40,634 nt of DNA from Candidatus Bathyarchaeia archaeon (GCA_050012755.1 JBEKGO010000025.1:1-40634), one strand, 5' to 3'. Shown: positions 9,164-18,832, numbered from the stretch's first letter. The notes: generated from the letters alone by a model not told the origin. Numbers and translations are program-made.

Positions 9164-10114
9164 CTATACGCCTATTCCAGCCAGTATGAGAACTATCTGC
9201 AGAATTGCTAGCGGTAGTAGATATCTCCACATTCCTGAAATTGATTGGTCCAAACGTAAGCGTGCAAATATGGCTCTGAGGAATGAAATCAGTAGAACCA
9301 CCGCGATTGTTTTAATGATGAAAAACACTGCTGCGGGAATGAATGCTATTTGCTGTATTCCGCCCAAGTAAAGGGCTGCTATTAACCCTGATGCTAGAAT
9401 TAGCTCTAGATTTCTTCCAAGTCTGAACATAGCTAGTTTTTTGCCGCTGTATTCAGTTAGCCATCCTGCAACAACTTCTGATTCCGCTTCAGGAATGTTG
9501 AAGGGCGCAGTCTCAAGTTCGGCGAGAAAACAGACTACTAGTACCGCAAACCCTATTGGTTGAAGAAAAATCGTCCAGGTTGCTGTGTTTTGCCAATTTG
9601 AAATGGTACTTATTGAAAGACTTTGTGCTGCGATCGCTGGGCCAATTAATGCTAAAGCCATTGGAATTTCAAAACTCATCATTTGAAGTATTGCACGTAC
9701 TCCTCCAATGATGCTGTATCTATTCATTGAACTCCAACCAGCAAGGAATACGGTGATAATCATCAACGTGAAAACAAACAAAACCAGTAATAAATCTCCT
9801 TCAAAAGCCACGATAGCCGAGCCTGCAATGGGTAAAACAAATAATGCAGTCAATGGTAATGCGAGGTAAATGATTGGTGCAGCTGAAAAAATAAATTTGT
9901 CACATACCATCGGAACAATGTCTTCTTTTGAGAGTAATTTAACGAAGTCAGCAACGGGCTGAAAAAGACCTGCTGGGCCAGTATGCAGAGGGCCATACCT
10001 GTTCTGCACTTTAGCATACAATTTCCTGTCTATCCATTCATAGAAGAAAGCTAACACCAAGAGGAACAATATGCCTGGGAAAATAAGGATCTGAAGTATA
10101 TCAAGTGCAATCAT
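9164..10114 (-). CDS. NuoH/FpoH-like membrane subunit
   Basis: DRKLYAKVQNRYGP, GLFQPVADFVKLLSKE, PFNIPEAESEVVAGWLTEYSG, RLRLDQ. Confidence 0.94.
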   Translation of the reverse strand: MIALDILQILIFPGILFLLVLAFFYEWIDRKLYAKVQNRYGPLHTGPAGLFQPVADFVKLLSKEDIVPMVCDKFIFSAAPIIYLALPLTALFVLPIAGSAIVAFEGDLLLVLFVFTLMIITVFLAGWSSMNRYSIIGGVRAILQMMSFEIPMALALIGPAIAAQSLSISTISNWQNTATWTIFLQPIGFAVLVVCFLAELETAPFNIPEAESEVVAGWLTEYSGKKLAMFRLGRNLELILASGLIAALYLGGIQQIAFIPAAVFFIIKTIAVVLLISFLRAIFARLRLDQSISGMWRYLLPLAILQIVLILAGIGV

Positions 10115-10243
10115 TGTTTTGTCTCCCCTCTGAAACCCTTGTTAACTCTTAACGCTCTTTTAATATTATCTTTATCGGATTAACGATTGAGAATAATAAA
10201 AACCCTGTGGTATATTTATAAAAAATATTTTTGGTGAGGTGAC

Positions 10244-10582
10244 TTAGAGTCGTTTTCTGCCGAAAACAAGCATGGCAACTGACATCAAAACAATCAAAGC
10301 GTAAACAATCGGCATTAATCCAATAGTAAAAAATGCGGTCACCATCATAAATGCGAAGATATCGAAAATAAGGAAATAAACTGCAAACGTAAGGAATCTT
10401 TCGAGACCAATCTTTACTTCCTCAAGAGGCGTGTCTTCTCCGCAAGCATAAGGTGCAGTTTTTCCAGGCAAATTTTGGGTGCCTTTTGCTGAGATTTTTC
10501 CCCCAATCAGATAGATAACCACGGCTACTATTAATGAAACTCCGAATACTAAAGGTAGAATCAAAGGGATGTCGCTGATCAT
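10244..10582 (-). CDS. NuoA/FpoA-like membrane subunit
   Basis: PYACGE loop, FAVYFLIFD; three TM segments. Confidence 0.85.
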   Translation of the reverse strand: MISDIPLILPLVFGVSLIVAVVIYLIGGKISAKGTQNLPGKTAPYACGEDTPLEEVKIGLERFLTFAVYFLIFDIFAFMMVTAFFTIGLMPIVYALIVLMSVAMLVFGRKRL

Positions 10583-10642
10583 TTTTGCCCCTTCACCTAA
10601 AGATTTTAAAGCAACCTATTAAACCCTTCTTATAATTATTAA

Positions 10643-10912
10643 ATGGGAGACGGGGTAAGGACGCTAGAAGAAGTGCTACAATATGTTCTGATGATTGCAA
10701 CACTCATTTTAGCAATTTCAGCAATTGAACTGAAAAATCTTTTGCACGCAGCGATTTCTTTCTGCGGAATGTGCATTATGATCGGGGCGCTCTTTTGGCT
10801 TTTGGATGCTCCCTATGCCGCTGTTTTTCAAATTCTTGTTTATGCAGGTGCCGTTGTAACAATTTTTCTTGCAGCTGTAATGTTGACAACACGCAAGGAG
10901 AGCATAAGATAA
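10643..10912 (+). CDS. NuoJ N-terminal half (FpoJ1-like)
   Basis: NLLHAAISF, LDAPYAAVFQILVYAGAV. Confidence 0.88.
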   Translation: MGDGVRTLEEVLQYVLMIATLILAISAIELKNLLHAAISFCGMCIMIGALFWLLDAPYAAVFQILVYAGAVVTIFLAAVMLTTRKESIR

Positions 10913-10913
10913 C

Positions 10914-11192
10914 ATGAAAATTAATATCATAATAATTGTCGGCATTTTGTTTGCCTTATTGGCCCTGGCTGTTTTTACGTTGGTCGCCACGCAGAATCCT
11001 TTCCCAGCATTCAAATATGCCACACAAACCGACCACTATGTAAGCGTCACACAAAATATTGGTCCTGAAGACAGCCGCTTTTTGTGGACCAACAATACCT
11101 TGAACTTAGTCGCACAAGCCTTCGTCCTTTTTGCCGCTGCGACTGCAACTCTTGCTTTGTTAAACACTAACAAATCAGAGGAATCTGAATGA
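10914..11192 (+). CDS. NuoJ C-terminal half (FpoJ2-like)
   Basis: Two TM segments flanking 'IG..DSRFLW'; lies between J1 and K. Confidence 0.7.
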   Translation: MKINIIIIVGILFALLALAVFTLVATQNPFPAFKYATQTDHYVSVTQNIGPEDSRFLWTNNTLNLVAQAFVLFAAATATLALLNTNKSEESE

Positions 11193-11503
11193 TTGATTTA
11201 ACTTTCTATCTAATTTTTTCCATTGCGCTCTACATGGTTGGACTATATAGTCTAGCAACAAAGCGCAATATGCTCAGACTCGTCTTAGGAATTGAAATGA
11301 TCATAAACGCAGCAAACATTAACTTCGTTACACTCGCAGCTTACGCGATGCCAGGTTTTGTAGACCCATTGGGCAATTCTTTCGTTTGCATTTCAATAGG
11401 TTTAGCTGGAGCAGTAAGCGCAGTTGCTCTTGCAATTGTGATCACAGCCTATAGACTCTACGGAACTCTGGATGTGGACGAATTAAGGCGTCTCAGGGGT
11501 TAA
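11189..11503 (+). CDS. NuoK/FpoK (MrpC-related) subunit
   Basis: RNMLRLVLGIEMIINAANINFV; C-terminal YRLYGTLDVDELRRLRG; ATGA overlap with J2. Confidence 0.92.
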   Translation: MIDLTFYLIFSIALYMVGLYSLATKRNMLRLVLGIEMIINAANINFVTLAAYAMPGFVDPLGNSFVCISIGLAGAVSAVALAIVITAYRLYGTLDVDELRRLRG

Positions 11504-11518
11504 AGGAGGAACAATCGA

Positions 11519-12985
11519 ATGTTTACTCTGCCACTTGACATACTTCTTGTTTTCACTGCTGTGTCACCAGTTATAGGTTGGGTAACTCCAAAACTTTACA
11601 GAGCAAAACTGGCAGGAGCTTTTGCTGCAACAGCGCTGGCAGTAACAGGCATTGCCCTATACAGCCTCTACCAAACCGTTTCCAGCACCGGTCCAATCTA
11701 CTTACCGAGTAATTCTCTGATTGGCGCCCATCTAAAAGTTGACATGCTGAGCATCTTTATGACGACTATCTTTCTGGGATTAGGGTTAGCTGCAACCGTT
11801 TATTCAATTATTTACGTTGAGAAAAGTCGAAGGGCACCGATGTACTACACATTAATTCTAACAATGATAAGCGGTATGATTGGTATTGTTTTCTCAGGCG
11901 ACTTGTTTACGCTATTTGTTTTCTGGGAACTAATGTCCATTTCAACGTACGCCCTCGTTTCTTTCTACAGGGAAAAATGGGCTTCGATGGAGGCAGGCAT
12001 AAAATACCTAATTATGAGTGCTGCTGGCTCTGCCACCGCGCTTTTTGGGATCTCCCTTCTATATGGTATGACCGGAACGTTGAGTTTCGAAGGACTCGCA
12101 ACCGCGTTTAACGCCGCAACACCGAATACTTGGTTGTACGTTGCAGCCCTATTCATCTTTGTGGGATTTGGAGTAAAAGCTGCTGTTGTTCCTCTTCACA
12201 CTTGGGTGCCTGACGCATATTCTTCAGCTCCAGCGCCGATAACTGCAATGCTTTCAGGCATCGTAATTGGACCAGGAATTTATGTTATTGCTCGCACATT
12301 CTTTTCGGCTTTTCTATCGATTCAGGCACAGTGGATGCCGATTGCCGCGATTTTAAGCTTCATAACGATGATTGTTGGAAACATCACTGCACTTCTTCAA
12401 ACGGACCTGAAAAGAATGCTTGCCTACTCGAGCATTGCACAAGTTGGATACATGCTAGTTGGCTTAGCCGTGGGAACTCAAACGGGGTTGACAGGAACCT
12501 TTCTACAGTTCTTTAATCACGGCTTAATGAAAGGTCTCGCTTTCCTCTGTGCAGGCGCAATCATATTCAGATTAGGCGCAAGAGAGTTGCAGGACATGGT
12601 TGGAGTAGGTCGTAAGATGCCTGTTACAGGAATTGTTTTTTCAATATCTCTTTTCGCTTTGATTGGAATTCCTCCCTTTAATGGCTTCATCAGCGAACTA
12701 ACTCTTTTCACATCGACTTTCCAAGTGAACTTGGCTTGGCTAGGTATTGCGTTAATCGTGAACAGTGCCATATCTGCAGCCTATTATCTGCGTGTGGTAC
12801 GAACAATAATGCAGATACCTGTTTCAGAAAATGTTCAAAAAGTTAAGGAAGTGCCCTTGCTCATGCTTATTCCACTTTGCGTTCTTGCTGCCTCATTAAT
12901 TGTATTCGGCCTCTGGCCTGACCCATTAGTTAACTTCGCCAATCAAGCTGCAAAAGCACTTGTGTCCTTCGGAGGTCTGATTTAA
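11519..12985 (+). CDS. Antiporter-like subunit (NuoN/MrpD-like)
   Basis: FVFWELMS, EAGIKYL, VKAAVVPLHTWVPDAY, KRMLAYSSIAQVGY. Confidence 0.92.
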   Translation: MFTLPLDILLVFTAVSPVIGWVTPKLYRAKLAGAFAATALAVTGIALYSLYQTVSSTGPIYLPSNSLIGAHLKVDMLSIFMTTIFLGLGLAATVYSIIYVEKSRRAPMYYTLILTMISGMIGIVFSGDLFTLFVFWELMSISTYALVSFYREKWASMEAGIKYLIMSAAGSATALFGISLLYGMTGTLSFEGLATAFNAATPNTWLYVAALFIFVGFGVKAAVVPLHTWVPDAYSSAPAPITAMLSGIVIGPGIYVIARTFFSAFLSIQAQWMPIAAILSFITMIVGNITALLQTDLKRMLAYSSIAQVGYMLVGLAVGTQTGLTGTFLQFFNHGLMKGLAFLCAGAIIFRLGARELQDMVGVGRKMPVTGIVFSISLFALIGIPPFNGFISELTLFTSTFQVNLAWLGIALIVNSAISAAYYLRVVRTIMQIPVSENVQKVKEVPLLMLIPLCVLAASLIVFGLWPDPLVNFANQAAKALVSFGGLI

Positions 12986-15061
12986 ACGATATTCACTGAT
13001 TTTATTCCTTGGCTCTGCTGGATATTTCCCATAATTGGCGCTCTATCAGCGTTGATCCTGAACAAAGTCAATCGACAAGTTATGGACATAACAGTCATCG
13101 TTCTGGCAGCGCTAGGCTGGGTAATGGCACTTCTCCTAATTCCCAATTTATTGAACTACAACTACATTGACAAAACGGCTTTTTGGTTTTCCCTTGGAGG
13201 CGGCAAATCGATTGGCATAGGCATGCTGATAGACCCTTTGAGCATAATTATGATTAACGTAGTAGCATTCTTGGGTTTGCTTATTGTAATTTATTCAAAG
13301 AAATACATGGCAGACGATGCCAACGCAAGCCGATTCTGGTTTTTCATGTCGCTTTTCATCGGTTCCATGCTGCTCGTGGTGTTGGCTGATAACCTCATTT
13401 TAATGTTTGTCGGATGGAAACTAGTTGGCTTATGCAGTTTTGGATTAATCGGCTACTACTACCAAGACAAAAAAGAACACTGGATTGGTGGGCCTCCTCC
13501 TACTCCATTCGTGAAACCCTCTAGAGCTGCGTTGAAAGCCTTGTTAGTTACAACCTTAGGTGATATGGCTTTATTAGCGGGCATAATAATCATTTACCTA
13601 TACGCTGGCACCTTCAACTTTCTACAGATACTTCAAACTGCAGGCACATGGCTACCTGCAATGGCATTGACACCTGGAATGTTAGCATTAACATGTGTGC
13701 TACTCCTACTCGGCCCATTTGCAAAGTCCGCGCAGTTCCCATTTCATGAATGGCTGCCCGAGGCAATGGCTGGTCCAACTCCAGTTTCAGCACTCATCCA
13801 TGCGGCAACCATGGTTAAAGCAGGAGTCTACCTGATTGCCCGTTTACTACCAATCTTTTTCTTCGCCGCATGGATTGCTACTCCAGCATATCCAGAAGCT
13901 CTAACATTCTTCATAGTTGCCGCAATCATAGGCGCATTTACCGCTTTCATGGCTGGCACACAAGCGATTGTTGGCAAGGAACTAAAGAAAGTATTAGCCT
14001 ATTCCACAATGAGTTCTATTGGATATATGATTCTTGCTTTGGGTATAGCCGGCTTGAGCTCAACCACTTTGGTTGCAGGAACGGCTTCTGGAATCTTCTT
14101 CTTAATCAACCACGGCATTTTCAAAGTCATCTTATTCCTCTGCGCAGGTATCATCATACATGCTTCTGGTTCAATTTACCTCTCGGACATGAAACTTTCA
14201 AGACAAAAAATGCGTTACACATGGGCTTTCATGTGGATAGGTACATTAGCACTTGTCGGTGTACCACTATTCTCCGGGTTTTGGAGCAAAGACAGCGTAC
14301 TTGCCGCTACATGGACAAGCGGTCAATACGCATTATTTGCCGTTGCACTGTTAACTGTAATTCTGACATCATTCTACGCATTTCGCATGATGGGCATGAT
14401 CTTCCATAGCGGCAAAAGCACTGGACCTACCCAGCCTGAAATCGAGGACCACGAAGATGCTGCCAAACATGAACATGGCGAAGCAAGCTGGATTATGCTC
14501 ATACCAATCGGCATCTTAGCCGCTTTGACAGTTATCATAGGCTTTGCCGGTCAATGGGTGAGTGATTTCCTAACAAATGCTTTTAATAAATATTTCATCG
14601 GCACACTCCACCTCGTCGCCAGTAACAGTGTAGCTTCCACCTCAGCTCTTTCTGGTTTAGGACTAGAAATTGTAGTTGCAGTGGCGTCAACTCTCATGAT
14701 TATAGTGGGTGCTTATCCCGCATACAGGCTATACGTCCAACACAAATCAAACCCCGAAAATATCGTTGGCAAAAGCCGAGGTTTACAGAATATCTACAAG
14801 TTCCTTTGGAACCGATGGTACATCGACGCCTTCTACAACAAAGTTTTCGTTAACACCACACTTGCAATCAGAGAACCATTGAAACGATACATTGAATCAC
14901 CACTTGACCAAGCATTAAACAACGGTATCCCAAGAATTTTCAATGGACTCAGTAAACAATTCAAGAAAATCCAAACAGGAATACTCTCAGTGAACATGCT
15001 GTACTTCTTGATATTTCTAGTAATTGCCCTACTAGTTTTGTGGCTAGGAGGATTTCTATAA
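12986..15061 (+). CDS. Antiporter-like subunit NuoL/FpoL; N-terminus extends to a probable ACG (or ATA) start at 12986
   Basis: AKSAQFPFHEWLPEAMAGPTPVSALIHAATMV, SGFWSKD, WYIDAFY; in-frame TM1 'PWLCWIFPIIGAL' lies upstream of the track's TTG at 13052. Confidence 0.92.
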   Translation, partial: TIFTDFIPWLCWIFPIIGALSALILNKVNRQVMDITVIVLAALGWVMALLLIPNLLNYNYIDKTAFWFSLGGGKSIGIGMLIDPLSIIMINVVAFLGLLIVIYSKKYMADDANASRFWFFMSLFIGSMLLVVLADNLILMFVGWKLVGLCSFGLIGYYYQDKKEHWIGGPPPTPFVKPSRAALKALLVTTLGDMALLAGIIIIYLYAGTFNFLQILQTAGTWLPAMALTPGMLALTCVLLLLGPFAKSAQFPFHEWLPEAMAGPTPVSALIHAATMVKAGVYLIARLLPIFFFAAWIATPAYPEALTFFIVAAIIGAFTAFMAGTQAIVGKELKKVLAYSTMSSIGYMILALGIAGLSSTTLVAGTASGIFFLINHGIFKVILFLCAGIIIHASGSIYLSDMKLSRQKMRYTWAFMWIGTLALVGVPLFSGFWSKDSVLAATWTSGQYALFAVALLTVILTSFYAFRMMGMIFHSGKSTGPTQPEIEDHEDAAKHEHGEASWIMLIPIGILAALTVIIGFAGQWVSDFLTNAFNKYFIGTLHLVASNSVASTSALSGLGLEIVVAVASTLMIIVGAYPAYRLYVQHKSNPENIVGKSRGLQNIYKFLWNRWYIDAFYNKVFVNTTLAIREPLKRYIESPLDQALNNGIPRIFNGLSKQFKKIQTGILSVNMLYFLIFLVIALLVLWLGGFL

Positions 15062-16543
15062 ATGCAAATTCCATACATCCTACTTCAAATTATTATCGCA
15101 CCACTTATCGGAGCACTCGCCTGTGCTTTCCTAGGCAAGAAGCTTAAGAAAAACTTGGGTTGGGTTGCCGCAGCCGCAATGCTCTACACAACTATTCTAT
15201 TATTTCTTGTCGCAGTTCAATTATGGGTTCAAGGCGGCTCAGTTACTGAAATTTATCAATGGGGCACAGTAGTCTTCAGTTTGAAATTTGGTTTTCTAGC
15301 GGACGGATTGTCCCTGCCCGTTGCACTTGTTATGAGCATCATTTGCACCGCCATCGCAATTTACTCGATCAATTACATGGATCACAGAATAGAAACTATG
15401 TATGGTAGAGAAAAACCTCAAATGTTCTCAATGTATTATTCGCTTTTTCTGCTTTTTCCAGTTGGACTAATCGGTGCAGCCTTGTCCACTAATTTAATTG
15501 AACTTTTCCTGTTTATTGAGGCGGCTCTTATCCCATCTTACGTTCTTTTGGATCTCTTCGGGTACGTTGATAGGCATAGAGTCGCGATGATGTCATTCAT
15601 TTGGACTCAAGCCGGCGCCGCAGTTTACTTAACAGGAGCCATATTAGCCTCAACCGGAACAGGCAGCTTCGACGTAAGTTCTCTGTCAGTTTTATCTGGG
15701 ACATCGCTTGGGTTCTGGGTATGCCTACTGATACTCATAGGCTTTCTGATAAAAATGGCAACTTTTGGCTTCCACGTTTGGTTACCTTATGTGGAAGGAG
15801 AACACGCAACATCTATCGCTTCTATCCTTGCGGCGTTCGTGGGCTTAGGTGCCTACATAATTGTGCGATTACTTTACGGCCAGCTTCTCACATCTTTCGA
15901 AGTCTTTAGCATTCCTCTGATGATATTAGCTGTAATTACTATGATTTACGGTGCTTATCTTACAATGGCACAGGACGATGTCAAACGGTTGTTTGCCTGC
16001 TCAACTATAAGTCAAACAGCCTACTCAATACTTGGAATCGCGAGCATGACAGCTCTTGGTGTTTCGGGTGGAGTCTTCTATTTCATGAGCCACATTCTTG
16101 GCAAAGCTATCTTATTCTCCGTTGCAGGAATCCTTGTTACTCAAACAGGCGTTAGAAACATAAAAGAAATGGGTGGACTGGCACAGAAAATGCCGTTAAC
16201 AGCAACACTTTGCATAATTGGCGCGATGGTTCTCTCAGGGATTCCGCCTCTGAGCGGGTTCCAAGCCGAATGGGTTATGTTTGTCGGAATATTTTCACGA
16301 GGAACCACATCTATGGTGTACTTGGCAATTGCAATAGTCGCCATCTTCGCCACTTTCTTAACCTCGGTTTACACATTCTGGCCTGCCATCCGAATTTTCT
16401 TCGGCCCCTCAAAACCAGAGATGGAAAATGTTAAAGAAGCACCCAAAACAATGACCATTCCACTTCTTGCACTTGCCATCATATCTTTGTTAATAGGCCT
16501 GTTTCCGGATATTATAATGCACTTTTTGACATCCGTAATCTAA
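15062..16543 (+). CDS. Antiporter-like subunit NuoM/FpoM
   Basis: GFLADGLSLP, IKMATFGFHVWLP, GGLAQKMP, GIPPLSGFQAE. Confidence 0.92.
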   Translation: MQIPYILLQIIIAPLIGALACAFLGKKLKKNLGWVAAAAMLYTTILLFLVAVQLWVQGGSVTEIYQWGTVVFSLKFGFLADGLSLPVALVMSIICTAIAIYSINYMDHRIETMYGREKPQMFSMYYSLFLLFPVGLIGAALSTNLIELFLFIEAALIPSYVLLDLFGYVDRHRVAMMSFIWTQAGAAVYLTGAILASTGTGSFDVSSLSVLSGTSLGFWVCLLILIGFLIKMATFGFHVWLPYVEGEHATSIASILAAFVGLGAYIIVRLLYGQLLTSFEVFSIPLMILAVITMIYGAYLTMAQDDVKRLFACSTISQTAYSILGIASMTALGVSGGVFYFMSHILGKAILFSVAGILVTQTGVRNIKEMGGLAQKMPLTATLCIIGAMVLSGIPPLSGFQAEWVMFVGIFSRGTTSMVYLAIAIVAIFATFLTSVYTFWPAIRIFFGPSKPEMENVKEAPKTMTIPLLALAIISLLIGLFPDIIMHFLTSVI

Positions 16544-16638
16544 AGGCTCTTCTGTTCTCCTTTTTGAATAATCTAAAATCACATTATTCTCAGTTACATA
16601 TTTAATACCCGAACGCCATTAATCATCTGGGGCTAATA

Positions 16639-18147
16639 TTGGAATCAAAAAAGAATCCACTTATAGCTTACAACGTTCTAGAGAAGAAAATCATAAACAC
16701 GGGATTATGCACGGCTTGTGGAGCGTGTGAGGCAGCATGCCCGGTTGGCGCACTTCAAATTGAGGGTGATAAAGTTAAACGTTTATACAATTGTGCCGAG
16801 TATTTGGACCTTTGTCCAATCTGTTATACAGTGTGTCCTCACTCTGAGGCTCTTCTGCTTAGAAGTTTGCGAGCAGTTTCAGATGCCCCGATTAAGAGTG
16901 AAGCCATTGGTTGTTACAGAAAAATGTTGCTTGCCCAAGCGGCAGACCCAAAGATCAGGGAACGAAGCAAGGGTGCTGGGGTTGTCACTGCCATCTTGAC
17001 ATTCGGGGTAGAAAACAAAATTTTCGACAGCGCCATAGTTTCCCAAGCTGAAACCCAAGATTCAACAAAGACCAAACCCATAGTTGCCACGGTGCCAGAT
17101 GACATCTTTTCTGCAACCGGTACCAAATTTTTTCCCTCGGCAGTCGGCAGTGCATATGGAACCGCTGTAATGGGGTACGGAAAGAAAAAGATCGCGTTTG
17201 TAGGGGTGCCCTGCCATGTGCTAGCCCTTCGTAAGTTAGGAGCATGGGAACATAAGATCAGTGGAGACCTCAAGATATCAATTGGTCTATTTTGCTTCGG
17301 GGCTTTCTCTCTTAAGCCACTTTTGGAATATATTGAAGAGACCTATCACATTAAGTCTACAGACATCAAGCAGATGCGACTCTCAAAAGAACTAGTTGTC
17401 CAAACCGAAAAAGAGAAAATAAACATTCCGTTTGAAGAAGTACAGAGCAAGATTTTGCCTAGCTGCAGAACATGCGCCGATTTTACTTCCGAATTTGCGG
17501 ACATCTCAGTGGGAAGCGCTTTTCCGTTTACAGACTGGTCTGTTGTGATCATACGCACCAAGGCTGGAGAAGACTTCTTTTCCGATGCAGAAAAGAAGGG
17601 GGTTCTAAATGTGCGTGCTATCGAACAGGAGCCAAAAGTGTTTGAACGTGTGATTGGAACGGCTCTAAACAAACGCAGAGAAGCTTTACGGGCAGCCAGC
17701 AAACTTGAGGAAACCGAGGGTTTTATTCCAGCTCGATTGCTAAGGGAAACGGACCTGTTGTCACACGTCAAGGTCGAGGACATCATGACGAAAGATGTCA
17801 GAACCGTGCCTTGTAACATGACAGTTAGCCAACTCTTGAAGCAGATGGCGACACAGCAACACACAGGATACCCAGTGACAGATAAGAAAGGTGAACTCAC
17901 AGGAATAGTGACCATAGAAGAGGCTTCGAGAGTGGACAAACAAAAGCGAGACGAAACACTAGTTGGCTCTATTGCTCGACCAAATCTTGATGTAGTCTAT
18001 CCTGGAGAAACAGCATCGGACGCGCTTAGAAAAATGAGCGAACAGGAAACTGGACGAGTACTCGTTCTGGACCCAGAAAATCCGCATCGAATGATAGGCA
18101 TAGTAACCAAAGCAGACTTGTTGCAAGCTTTAGTAAAACAAGCTTGA
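16639..18147 (+). CDS. FpoF/FrhB-like (F420-binding flavoprotein family) protein with N-terminal Fe-S domain and C-terminal CBS pair
   Basis: CTACGACEAACP, CPICYTVCP, GVVTAIL, FVGVPCHV, IGLFC, CRTCADFTSEFADISVG; then KVEDIMT...GIVT and GIVTKADLL CBS motifs. Confidence 0.88.
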   Translation: MESKKNPLIAYNVLEKKIINTGLCTACGACEAACPVGALQIEGDKVKRLYNCAEYLDLCPICYTVCPHSEALLLRSLRAVSDAPIKSEAIGCYRKMLLAQAADPKIRERSKGAGVVTAILTFGVENKIFDSAIVSQAETQDSTKTKPIVATVPDDIFSATGTKFFPSAVGSAYGTAVMGYGKKKIAFVGVPCHVLALRKLGAWEHKISGDLKISIGLFCFGAFSLKPLLEYIEETYHIKSTDIKQMRLSKELVVQTEKEKINIPFEEVQSKILPSCRTCADFTSEFADISVGSAFPFTDWSVVIIRTKAGEDFFSDAEKKGVLNVRAIEQEPKVFERVIGTALNKRREALRAASKLEETEGFIPARLLRETDLLSHVKVEDIMTKDVRTVPCNMTVSQLLKQMATQQHTGYPVTDKKGELTGIVTIEEASRVDKQKRDETLVGSIARPNLDVVYPGETASDALRKMSEQETGRVLVLDPENPHRMIGIVTKADLLQALVKQA

Positions 18148-18334
18148 AGAAGCTGACAAATGTTTCAAACCTAATGGGAATAACTGAAGCTAGATTTCCT
18201 TTGCTGAGCTGTTAATTTCATCCATTGTGTCCCACTTTTTTCATCTTTTTGATGAAAAATAAGCTATTGTTAAATCAAATTTATTAAGGGAAAATGCCTT
18301 AAATTACAACTTAAGGTTAGGTTGCTTAAATTTC

Positions 18335-18832
18335 ATGGCTGAAAGCCAATTAGAAAAAAAGCAAGTCCCAAATTCCTTGGCACTAGCGATAATAATTATT
18401 ATAATCGCCGCCGCCTTTTTGTGTTCTATTTTGAGTTTAGTTTATCCAGGATTCATTAACCTGCTGTCTGGTGGAAGTTACGTATCGGGTGGCGCTATTT
18501 ACGATGCGATTTACGTTATACTTACCATAGCCGCTGATGCTCTCTATCTTTTCGGAGGTGGTGTGATAGCTTTTGGTGCCATATTGGTAACTATTCATTT
18601 TATTCAATGCAAAATTAAGGATCCTTATCAGCCATCGCTTTCGACACGTTACTTGTCTGGATATTTAACGTTAAGTCTAAACTTCTTCATCGGAGCAGAA
18701 ATAATTCGTACAGTAGCTACCAGAACGTTTGATGAGTTTTTGTTGCTTATTTTGGTAATTTTCAGCCGAGGTCTTTTCACCCTGATTCTTTATTTGGAAA
18801 GAAGATGGCATGGAACAGCTGAAACTGAATAA
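18335..18832 (+). CDS. DUF1622-like membrane protein
   Basis: YLTLSLNFFIGAEIIRTV...LLLILVIFSR..FT..LYLE pattern. Confidence 0.75.
   Translation: MAESQLEKKQVPNSLALAIIIIIIAAAFLCSILSLVYPGFINLLSGGSYVSGGAIYDAIYVILTIAADALYLFGGGVIAFGAILVTIHFIQCKIKDPYQPSLSTRYLSGYLTLSLNFFIGAEIIRTVATRTFDEFLLLILVIFSRGLFTLILYLERRWHGTAETE

Noticed and set aside
10643-10663. Alternative ACG start at 10661 for J1, and alternative ATA start upstream of the RnfD-like gene (about 36658)
   Set aside because: Canonical in-frame ATGs are available in both cases, so the sequence alone cannot decide.
6499-16543. Calling the cluster NADH:quinone oxidoreductase or Mbx
   Set aside because: All four Ni-binding cysteines are present and NuoEFG genes are absent.
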